Source: a virus (taxonomy: Duplodnaviria > Caudoviricetes). From it: a stretch of DNA of 44,295 nucleotides. The stretch is from the IMG/VR virus record IMGVR_UViG_3300025837_000005, positions 1 to 44,295 of that record; one strand, given 5' to 3'. The notes under the pieces were generated by a model. That model saw only the letters and a program-made list of their open reading frames with translations. It did no database searches and had not been told where the DNA came from. The position numbers and the translations under genes are program-made. The first letter of the stretch is position 1; every line of letters starts with the position of its first letter. Shown here one piece after another: positions 28,665-37,125 of this stretch.

Positions 28665-28750
28665 ATTTCAACGGGCTGGAATTGCTTTTGCGGCGGTCGG
28701 AGATCCGGATTATTAAGATGATGGCTTGTATATCAACGAGGAGGGATTTT

Positions 28751-29776
28751 ATGGCTAAATTAAAAGCACCGTTCCCATATTTTGGAGGAAAATTAAGAAT
28801 GGCCTCTCTAATTTGGAAAGCACTTGGGAATCCAAAACATTACATCGAGCCTTTTTTCGGGTCTGGCGCTGTGCTTCTTGCGCGGGAAAGATTTAATCCG
28901 GCAGAAACAATAGAGACGATATGTGATAAAGATGGATTTTTGGCGAACGTTTGGCGGTCTTTACAGCAATGTCCGGATGAAGTCGCGAAATGGTGCGACT
29001 GGCCCGTGAATCATGTCGATTTGAACGCTCGGCGGCGGCGGTTGCTTGCCGAAGAACCAGCCCTTTTAAAAAATCTTGCAGAAAATGACGAATATTGTAA
29101 TCCGAAGCTGGCTGGATATTGGGTTTGGGCGGCGTCCTGCTGGATCGGTTCGGGCTTGACGCGTTTAAACGCGATACCCTCTATCAGCGACAGCGGGATG
29201 GGGGTGCACGCCATTGGGCAGATCCCCCACATCAGCAGCAGCGGGATGGGGGTGCACGCCATTGGGCATATCCCCCACATCAGCGACAGCGGGATGGGGG
29301 TACACGACCCGTACAATACCAATATTTATAAATTATTCAGGCAATTATCAGAGCGGTTACGGTATGCCCGGGTAGTGTGCGGCGACTGGACTCGTGTTTG
29401 TGGTGGCAAATGGCAAGACAAAGCTGGTGATGTCGGTATTTTTTTTGATCCGCCATACGGGGTTAAGGATAGGGATTTGTTTTTATATCGTCACGATTCA
29501 TCAACCATCGCTGCCGATGTTATGGCCTGGTGTAAGGAGCGCGGTAACATTCCATCATATCGCATTGTCCTGGCAGGCTATGAAGAATATCAAGAGTTGA
29601 TTGAAAATTACGGTTGGAAGGCTCAAGTATGGCAATCAAATGGCGGATATGCCAACACGAGCACCAATAAAACCCGTGGAGACGATAATAAAAAGCGGGA
29701 ATGTCTGTATTTTTCACCGTATTGTATGAAGCAATTACAACAGGGGGAGCTTTTTAAGTCAACTACCGCCAGCTAA
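28751..29776 (+). CDS. DNA adenine methyltransferase (Dam/D12-like)
   Basis: PYFGGK, EPFFGSGAV, DPPY; three internal 15-aa repeats. Confidence 0.88.
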   Translation: MAKLKAPFPYFGGKLRMASLIWKALGNPKHYIEPFFGSGAVLLARERFNPAETIETICDKDGFLANVWRSLQQCPDEVAKWCDWPVNHVDLNARRRRLLAEEPALLKNLAENDEYCNPKLAGYWVWAASCWIGSGLTRLNAIPSISDSGMGVHAIGQIPHISSSGMGVHAIGHIPHISDSGMGVHDPYNTNIYKLFRQLSERLRYARVVCGDWTRVCGGKWQDKAGDVGIFFDPPYGVKDRDLFLYRHDSSTIAADVMAWCKERGNIPSYRIVLAGYEEYQELIENYGWKAQVWQSNGGYANTSTNKTRGDDNKKRECLYFSPYCMKQLQQGELFKSTTAS

Positions 29777-30001
29777 AGCAGGCGGCTTGTAACTGCACTC
29801 CGCCGCAATTCCTCATAAGGGGCTTTGGCATCATCGTGCGCTACGATACGGCTATTGACTGAGCCGCTACCTGGATAGCATATAGCGTCCAAGTATTTAT
29901 ATAATATGCACATTAAATGCTTTTGTCAAGAAAAATCTTTTAAAAAAGAAGGACGGCATTCCTCTCCCAGCTAAAGCAGGGAGTTTCCTGCCGTGTGATT
30001 T
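29758..30001 (-). mobile_element. Minimal IS200/IS605 derivative: left end, promoter and omegaRNA only
   Basis: Near-identical to both ends of 5951-6297; TTGACA-17-TATTAT (29929-29901) abuts the scaffold; followed by ATGA. Confidence 0.88.
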
Positions 30002-30107
30002 ATGACTACCCATTATGCTGAAGACAAACTCGCCCGTGCCCAAGCCCTTGGCTACCAGGATTATTTATCCGCAATTAAGGAATAAAGGATAATTCTTGAT
30101 GCCATCC

Positions 30108-30209
30108 ATGACACTTCATGACACTTGAAGGGCATTTTCATATTAGCCCCAGAAAAAAGCCCTAAGGGCATTTTAATGAAAATGCCCTTCAAGTGTCATG
30201 AAGTGTCAT
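30108..30209. repeat. Perfect 34-bp inverted repeat followed by an AT-rich tract; candidate replication origin
   Basis: ATGACACTTCATGACACTTGAAGGGCATTTTCAT (30108-30141) and its reverse complement (30176-30209). Confidence 0.8.
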
Positions 30210-30366
30210 AAAAGTTGCTAATATATTGAAATTATTAAGTTTTTATAAAAACACGGTAAATTTTAGGCTAAAGAATTGAAATTATTAAGAAAATACCCTA
30301 AAAAATAAAAAAGAGATGGACTTTGTAAAGATTAGACGAAAACGGAGTTGATGACATGGTGTAAAA

Positions 30367-30745
30367 ACCATGCAAATCCAGATCAAAAATCAGATATGGT
30401 TCAAGACCGTTTTTTGTGTTTGGTTAGCCCTGTCTAAAACTCCGTTGGGATAAACACATGGGTCGATGGAACGGCAAGGTGGCCAAAAAGGTGGGTAATT
30501 AAGCACTCACAGTAAAAAAAAGGGGGAAACCATGCAAATTCGGATTAAAAACCAGATATACCTCTCAGACTACCTTAAATCGTTCAGGACCATTCTTTCT
30601 ACTCGGCTGGTCTAACCTACCCTCACATGGATTGAAAATGAGCGTATGGGGCAATGGAACGGCAAGATGCCGCAATCTCTATGCTGCTTTGAAACCGATC
30701 CGGCTGGCAACCTGACCATCCTGCGCGGACATACCCCGCACCTTT
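30367..30745 (+). pseudogene. Two decayed copies of a bacterial helicase-like N-terminal fragment
   Basis: Twice MQI(Q/R)IKNQI and MG(R/Q)WNGK; second copy continues WIENERMGQWNGKMPQSL...LTILRG with interruptions. Confidence 0.45.
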
Positions 30746-31095
30746 AAAAAAAGGCGCATTAACCCAGTTAGGGTCAATGCGCCTTGAGGTGGCCCGAAAG
30801 GGCCGGTTTTATACGCTTGGGGTTATCCGATATCCTGAATTTCACCCCTCCAAAACTCCAAAGCCGCCTGAAGAGCGGTTTTTATCTCTTCAGGATCAGC
30901 TTTGCGCCGTTCCAGGTCCAGGCAATCCAGCCGGATCCGGTTTTCGAGCCGACGGCGGACGGCTCTGACTTCTTCCCATGAGGTGGCGTCCATTATACCA
31001 CCTCGAATATTTGTTCCAAAAAGCCTGACTTCAGAAGGGATTGCGACCCCCACCTATTCTATCCATACATAATCCGCAATATCTCCACAAATCGT

Positions 31096-31517
31096 TTTAT
31101 CTTCGGCATGAGGTATTTATCCCTGACACGCTCAACAATACACATCGAGCCGTAATTGGTTTTCCGTTTTTAGTTATTTCTAAAACAATAGCCGCCTCTG
31201 AGCGGCATTTTCTGTTTGATAAATTAAATGTCCGGCGTACAAACCACGGAATCCGCAATTTGACAATTGCGCCAGAATCAGCCTTTTTCCATGCTATAAA
31301 ACTTCCGCTCAGGGGGCAGGTCGCTTGCTTTTTTATCCACTCTTGGTCTATTTTAGCGCCTAAGAGTCTGGCATCCCTAAAATCGGAGTTCCGGAGATCG
31401 GCACCCCGGAGATCGGCACCCCAGAAATCGGAATCCCAGAAACTGGCACCCCTAAAATCGGCGTACCGAAAACTGGCACCCCGGAGAGAGACACTATCTT
31501 CCCATGTTTTTTTGGCC
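31096..31517 (-). pseudogene. Pentapeptide-repeat protein remnant lacking a start codon
   Basis: Minus frame reads ASFRY ADFRG ASFWD SDFWG ADLRG ADLRN SDFRD...GSFIAWKKA..IVKLRIP...RKCRSE, preceded by TAG. Confidence 0.7.
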
Positions 31518-31568
31518 TAAAAAAGGTGCGCTGGTCAGTTTATGGCCATGATCGGGGCCTGGATAAAA

Positions 31569-32036
31569 TTATTCGGTAAACGGGATTTTTACGCTCAGAG
31601 TTTGAGCAATTCCGAATAGTGCGGCCTTGTCGCTGGATTTGCGCAAGGCGTCTTCAACCTTGCGGCGCAACTTTGTCCAGTCTACCGGCTGGATGGGCAG
31701 GTATTCTTCCCATCCATCTTCCCCATTTTGCCCCCATTCTTCATAAATGAAAACAAGGGCCGTGGCATCAAGGCCAGCGATTTGAACGCCGATGGTGTCG
31801 GCGGTTGTGTCAATATCGGCAATATGATTATTGCCGTCGCTGACGGTGCCGGCCTGTTGCAATTCCTTCTCAGATCCGTCACGAAGCCGCACAATAACCC
31901 GCGTCCCTTCGTGGTTCTGACCGTCGCACCAGTTGTGGGTGCGAAAAAAAGGGACGAACGACATAACGTCGTTAATTCCTTTAAAGTTGTTCCGGCCGGC
32001 AATCCCTCTGTTTGTATTCAGGTTCATAATTTCCAT
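31569..32036 (-). CDS. Hypothetical protein
   Basis: AAGGAGG RBS and upstream TTGACA...TATACT promoter; 155 aa. Confidence 0.7.
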   Translation of the reverse strand: MEIMNLNTNRGIAGRNNFKGINDVMSFVPFFRTHNWCDGQNHEGTRVIVRLRDGSEKELQQAGTVSDGNNHIADIDTTADTIGVQIAGLDATALVFIYEEWGQNGEDGWEEYLPIQPVDWTKLRRKVEDALRKSSDKAALFGIAQTLSVKIPFTE

Positions 32037-32246
32037 AATTTCCTCCTTTTCAATGGCCTGTTTTCAGGCCGGTGACTTGGTGGGCGATATGCCCCTATCT
32101 TTAAGATCAGTATAATTTATTGTTTGGAGGTTGTCAAGCATTTTTTTTAGCGTTTTAATTAATTTTTTTTTCTTGACTTAATAAAAATTAATGATATTAT
32201 CACATCATAAAAGCCACCGAACCGCCGAGGAAACCCGGCAAATCAA

Positions 32247-32288
32247 GGGCAGATTTGGATTTTTCCAGGTCTGCCCTTTTTTATTTTT
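32247..32288 (+). terminator. Intrinsic terminator-like hairpin in the leader of the HTH gene
   Basis: GGGCAGATTTGGA...TCCAGGTCTGCCC followed by TTTTTT. Confidence 0.6.
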
Positions 32289-32300
32289 AAGGAGTAAAAT

Positions 32301-32501
32301 ATGCCAATCAAATTAAATTCCGAAAAAATCAGTGAGTATCTCCAGATAAACCAGCGGTCAATTAGCTGGTTGGCAAAACGGATTGGAGTATCCCCTGAAG
32401 TGATGCTTTATCGTTTAAAAAAACAAGTTCCCGGTGATGCCGATGCCATTGCAGCCGTGATTGGGGAACCTGATCCTAAAAATCTTTTAACGGTGGAATA
32501 A
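32301..32501 (+). CDS. Cro-like HTH protein
   Basis: SISWLAKRIGVSPEVM; AAGGAG RBS. Confidence 0.7.
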   Translation: MPIKLNSEKISEYLQINQRSISWLAKRIGVSPEVMLYRLKKQVPGDADAIAAVIGEPDPKNLLTVE

Positions 32502-32504
32502 ATT

Positions 32505-32666
32505 ATGAAACACGTATTCGGATTGCTTTTTTTCACAACCCTAATTTTCGGCATGGCGGACGCCGATTCCATGCCGCTGTTTATTACAACCAAAATTATC
32601 GCTATCATCACCATCATTGGAGCATTGGTTGCTGGCATGGCGGTGACTTTCGATGGGGTGAAATAA
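32505..32666 (+). CDS. Small two-TM membrane protein (53 aa)
   Basis: Hand translation MKHVFGLLFFTTLIFGMADADSMPLFITTKIIAIITIIGALVAGMAVTFDGVK. Confidence 0.55.
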   Translation: MKHVFGLLFFTTLIFGMADADSMPLFITTKIIAIITIIGALVAGMAVTFDGVK

Positions 32667-32848
32667 TGAGACATAATTATATATATGCATAAGGGAATAA
32701 CTCGAAGCAGAAAATGCTCAAGGGGCGTCGGTGCCGAGTTGTCTCCAGAGGCAAAAAGAATAGTATTTGAAAAAATCACTTGACAAACAGAAAATAGAGG
32801 AAATAAAAGCGTTTATTAAAAAACTTTTAAAAAAGTGGAGGCAAAAAA

Positions 32849-33226
32849 ATGTGGGAAAAAATTAAAGGTTGGTTTATGAGCATCGGGGAATTTATGTTTC
32901 AATTTTTGAAAACAGCAATCAGCGACACCGTCGCGGACATCGGGCCTACCGTGTTAGATATTGTACGGCAGGTTGAAGCTGAGTGCGAAGGTGGCTGTTC
33001 AGGTCAGGAAAAATTCGACAAGGCGCTTGCTCTAGCGGTTATGAAACTTCCGGAAATTGCCATTAATGCGATCAGGATTGCTATTGAAGTGGCGGTAGCG
33101 ATAATGAACGAGAACGCAGACGACGACAAAGACGGTGTCTTGAATAAAAATGACAAGTGTCCAACCGAAGGAGACACAGGGTGCGGCGTAACGCTTGACG
33201 GCTGCACGATTCTATGTCCTAAGTGA
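32849..33226 (+). CDS. Hypothetical protein with C-terminal thrombospondin type 3-like Ca-binding repeat
   Basis: DDDKDGVLNKNDKCP; GGAGG RBS. Confidence 0.65.
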   Translation: MWEKIKGWFMSIGEFMFQFLKTAISDTVADIGPTVLDIVRQVEAECEGGCSGQEKFDKALALAVMKLPEIAINAIRIAIEVAVAIMNENADDDKDGVLNKNDKCPTEGDTGCGVTLDGCTILCPK

Positions 33227-33451
33227 AAACAACACTCGCCCGCGCCTTCTGGCAGCCTGGACAATTTCGTCGGGCGTAAGTAAGCCCATGCGCGGCGGGT
33301 TATTTGTTTAGTGTTCCACCGATAATTTTTTGATATCTGGGTGATATAGTCCATTCGATCGATATTGCCCAGTTGATCGATGATGAAAATATTCTGAAGG
33401 CTGAGGGGGTAATTCGTAAAACCGATTTTTGGCCTCAGACCGATCCATTGA

Positions 33452-33865
33452 GTGAATATAGTAAAATGCTCACAGAATTCACCAAAGTGGAAAAAAATTT
33501 TGATTAATATAAACCCTACAGAGCACGAGGAGCAATGTGCCCTTTTCGAGTGGGCTGATTGTTGGCTTCCGATGGTAAGCGCGCTGCTTTTCGCCATTCC
33601 CATGGGTGGGCATCGGCATATAGCCGTTGCCGCTAAACTCAAGGCTGAGGGCGTTAAGGCAGGCGTGCCGGATATTTTTTTCGCTTTGCCTAGGAACGGT
33701 AAACACGGGCTTTTTATTGAGATGAAACGTGTTAAGGGTGGGTCGGTTCGGCGGGAGCAAAAAGCTATGATCGACAGGCTCCGGGCGGCCGGATATCAAG
33801 TTGAAATATGTAAGGGCTTTGATGCGGCAAGGAATGTTTTAGTAAACTATATGGGCATGGTTTAA
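33452..33865 (+). CDS. VRR-NUC domain nuclease
   Basis: EHEEQ...LFAIPMGG...GVKAGVPD...LFIEMKR...EQ. Confidence 0.9.
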   Translation: MNIVKCSQNSPKWKKILININPTEHEEQCALFEWADCWLPMVSALLFAIPMGGHRHIAVAAKLKAEGVKAGVPDIFFALPRNGKHGLFIEMKRVKGGSVRREQKAMIDRLRAAGYQVEICKGFDAARNVLVNYMGMV

Positions 33866-34049
33866 GATAAGGCTTAAGGCTGATATAGCCATGCATTATC
33901 GGGAAATAAAATACGGATTCGAGTGGGGATCAGCTAAGATCACCCGGTTTTTTTCGGATGAAAAAGCGGGTTGGGTTACGTTTATGAAAAAGATGGGACG
34001 GAAAAAAAGTGAATGGGTTTTTTATCCCAGGCTAAAAGGAGGCTAAAAA

Positions 34050-34280
34050 TTGAGTCCACTTCACGAAGGTAAAAGTAAGGCTACTGTCAGTAAAAACATT
34101 AAAGAAATGGTGAAGTCCTCGACGTTTGCACCCGGTAAGTCAGATGCAAAGCGTCGGGAGATGGCAATTGCGGCGGCCCTTGATAAAGCAAGGGAAAGCA
34201 AGGCAAAGATTTCTAAAACCTCTAAAAAAAAGGGCTCAAATAAAAAAAAGGGCTCAAAAAAAAGCAAAAAGATTCCGTAA
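34050..34280 (+). CDS. Small basic phage protein
   Basis: GKSKATVSKNIKEM...AIAAAL; AGGAGG RBS, TTG start. Confidence 0.7.
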   Translation: MSPLHEGKSKATVSKNIKEMVKSSTFAPGKSDAKRREMAIAAALDKARESKAKISKTSKKKGSNKKKGSKKSKKIP

Positions 34281-34422
34281 GCTGATTGCACCGTGGATCG
34301 TGCGGTAACTATTTTCAAGGATTGATTTTCCGGCCCGATTGAACCGGCGATTTCGTTGATAATAGACACGTCTTGTCTTACAGTTATCACCAATAATTAC
34401 AAAATTACAGGAGAATGGAACC

Positions 34423-34689
34423 GTGAAAAAACTTTGTTTGACGTGCAGTAAGTGCGGGACGGCGGCGTGCATTTCGCCGGACAAGTGTATAGCTGAGGAA
34501 CACAAGGATTACTCAGGCCGGCCGCTACAGCATTGGCAATATTGTCGGCAGTGTGGAGCCAAACTTATCACTAGCGCGACTTGCATCGAAACGGAGGATA
34601 TTGGCGTGGAATACAAACTTTGTCCCAACTGCGGCTCGAAGGAAAAGGTTATCAGGTCGTGTTGTTTTGGCTCGTCAATTTTGCAATAA
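34423..34689 (+). CDS. Cys-rich zinc-ribbon protein
   Basis: Several CxxC motifs; AGGAG RBS. Confidence 0.55.
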   Translation: MKKLCLTCSKCGTAACISPDKCIAEEHKDYSGRPLQHWQYCRQCGAKLITSATCIETEDIGVEYKLCPNCGSKEKVIRSCCFGSSILQ

Positions 34690-34836
34690 TATCTTTTGTT
34701 TGTTTTTTAAACAAATAAATATAATAGTCTTGTGCTGATAACCGATTGGATATAGTTTGAAGCCGTAACCTTGGATATTGTCCGGGTAAACGGCTTTTTT
34801 TATTCGTCACTGGTCCGAAAATAAAGAGGTTTTTAC

Positions 34837-35328
34837 ATGAGCGTTAAGCCTAAAAAGAAAATAGCGCCACCGAAAAAGAAAGCCGGTCGCGGTCGGAAGA
34901 AATTTTATGAAACTCCGGAACAAATGCAAAAAATTATTAATAGCTATTTTAAAAAATGTAAAGAGGATAAAGAAATCCCTGGGATGTGCGGGCTGGCAAT
35001 TGCCCTTGGGATGGACCGTGGGACGCTGTTGGCCTATAGAGACCGTGAGGAGTTTCACGCCACGGTAAAAGAAGCACGGTCCAGGATAGAGGGAGTCTGG
35101 GAGCAAAGGCTATTCACGAACGGCTGTACCGGCGCTATTTTTTGGTTGAAAAACAATGGTGCCGGTGGAGGCTGGAAGGACAATCAGGATATTAAGAGTC
35201 AGATATCCGGGCCGGACGGTGATCCTATTCGGTTGGAGTGGACTGTAAAATTCAAAGACGTGAAAAGGATAATACCCGAAGATGCAGATCAACATGGAGC
35301 TTCCGAAAAAGATCAGGCCGCTACTTGA
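34837..35328 (+). CDS. Terminase small subunit
   Basis: GLAIALG, GAIFWLKN, ISGPDGDPI; overlaps the large subunit start. Confidence 0.85.
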   Translation: MSVKPKKKIAPPKKKAGRGRKKFYETPEQMQKIINSYFKKCKEDKEIPGMCGLAIALGMDRGTLLAYRDREEFHATVKEARSRIEGVWEQRLFTNGCTGAIFWLKNNGAGGGWKDNQDIKSQISGPDGDPIRLEWTVKFKDVKRIIPEDADQHGASEKDQAAT

Positions 35329-36721
35329 GAAAAAGAAGCGGTTCAAGGTTGCCATTGGTGGTCGTGGGTCTGCTAAGTCGACATCTTTTGCCGATATTTT
35401 TTTACTAAAAGCTTGTACTGAGGCGGCCAAGATAGGTTGTTTCCGGGAATTCCAAAATTCTATTGAAGAGTCAGTTTATGTGTTGCTCAAGACCGAGATC
35501 AAGCGTATCGGCGCCCCGGGGTTTGATATCAGTAAGACTTCGATTGATCATGAAAGCGGGGGAGGGTTTCGGTTTAAGGGGTTAGCCAGGTCTATTGATG
35601 CAATCAAGTCCATGTATGGATTTAAATATTTTTGGGTTGAAGAAGCTCAGTTTCTGTCAAAAGAGTCCATCGAGATACTCGTCCCCACTGTCCGCGAGAC
35701 GGACTCGGAGCTGTGGTTCTCGGGCAACCCGAGGAACAGTAACGATCCGTTTTCCCAGCGGTTTATTGTTCCGTTTCTCAAGGAGTTGAAACGGGATGGG
35801 CACTATGAGGACGCCGATCACATCATCGTATTCATCAATCATGATGATAATCCATGGTTTCCAGCAGTACTTGAGACTGACCGCCGTCGGGATTTTCATA
35901 ATCTGGACCGGGCGCTGTATGATCATATCTGGGAAGGTGCGTTTTCTGACTATGTTGAGGATAGTATAATTAAGGCGGAATGGTTTGATGCCTGTGTGGA
36001 CGCTCACCTCGCACTTGGGTGGAAGCCCAGGGGGGCTATTATCGTGGCGCACGATCCGTCTGACCTGGGGGCTGATGATAAAGCTTTCGCTGTTAGACAC
36101 GGCGGCCTTGTTTTAGATGTCCAAACCCGAAAAATAGGCGACGCCAACGAGGGTTGTGACTGGGCATTGGATGCCGCTATAAACCATCGGGCCGATGCGT
36201 TTGTGTGGGATTGCGATGGCCTTGGCGCGTCTCTGGCCAGGCAGGTAAGACAGTCTTTGGCAGGCAAAAAAATCGAACCAATAATATTTAAAGGCTCTAA
36301 CTCAGTTGATTTTCCAGATCAGTTATACGAAAACCCGGCGTTACAACAGAAGGATCACCTGATTTCTAACGCAAACACGTTTAAGAACAAGCGGGCTCAG
36401 TATTACTGGGCGCTCCGGGATCGAGTGTTATCAACATATCAGGCGGTGGTTAAAAACGAGTATAAAGACCCCGATACAATTATCAGTTTCTCTTCCAAAA
36501 TTAAAGATTTACAACAGCTAAGATCGGAGGTATGCAGTATCCCTCGGAAATATAATAGCAATGGCCTGATACAGATCATGGATAAAGATCAGATGAAGCG
36601 GCTTTTAAAGCTGTCATCACCGAACATGGCCGATGCGTTGATGATGAGTATGATTCCGTATTCATCGGCGCCGATAATGTCCCAGGCTGACGCTATGCCG
36701 GAATATGAGGAGGCATATTAA
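35282..36721 (+). CDS. Terminase large subunit (PBSX-like)
   Basis: GGRGSAKS, REFQNSI, WVEEA, SPNMADALM. Confidence 0.95.
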   Translation: MQINMELPKKIRPLLEKKKRFKVAIGGRGSAKSTSFADIFLLKACTEAAKIGCFREFQNSIEESVYVLLKTEIKRIGAPGFDISKTSIDHESGGGFRFKGLARSIDAIKSMYGFKYFWVEEAQFLSKESIEILVPTVRETDSELWFSGNPRNSNDPFSQRFIVPFLKELKRDGHYEDADHIIVFINHDDNPWFPAVLETDRRRDFHNLDRALYDHIWEGAFSDYVEDSIIKAEWFDACVDAHLALGWKPRGAIIVAHDPSDLGADDKAFAVRHGGLVLDVQTRKIGDANEGCDWALDAAINHRADAFVWDCDGLGASLARQVRQSLAGKKIEPIIFKGSNSVDFPDQLYENPALQQKDHLISNANTFKNKRAQYYWALRDRVLSTYQAVVKNEYKDPDTIISFSSKIKDLQQLRSEVCSIPRKYNSNGLIQIMDKDQMKRLLKLSSPNMADALMMSMIPYSSAPIMSQADAMPEYEEAY

Positions 36722-37125
36722 TGTCTGATGAAATTCTTACCTGCCTGGATGTGCGCGATAATCTGGCCAGGGAAGCGGAGTATGTAAGGGCCATTCGGAC
36801 ATTTGGATATCTGCCGATCTACGGCCCGACGATTGAAGATGTACATTACGCAAAAGAGCTGGTTGGTTATATTATGTCCGAATACCCCGGATACCGGTGG
36901 ATTATAGAGGTTCGTAATGGAATGGTGACATGTGTCAACGAAACGTTTTGCCCGGATTACGGGTTTCGCTTGTACGTCTCTCAGCTCGATAATGACGGTA
37001 AGGAGATAAGGCGATGGGCCGGTGGTCTTCTGGAGCGGTTTGGAGTGCCCAGGAGTAAGATGGTTGTTGGCATGGTTGATGAGCTGGTAAAAGATAGCCG
37101 TGGAAACGTGAAGAGGCTGGATTAA
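36721..37125 (+). CDS. Hypothetical protein
   Basis: Coupled between terminase and portal; GAGGAGG RBS. Confidence 0.75.
   Translation: MSDEILTCLDVRDNLAREAEYVRAIRTFGYLPIYGPTIEDVHYAKELVGYIMSEYPGYRWIIEVRNGMVTCVNETFCPDYGFRLYVSQLDNDGKEIRRWAGGLLERFGVPRSKMVVGMVDELVKDSRGNVKRLD

Noticed and set aside
31041-31520. Plus-strand 159-aa ORF
   Set aside because: Shadow of the minus-strand pentapeptide pseudogene
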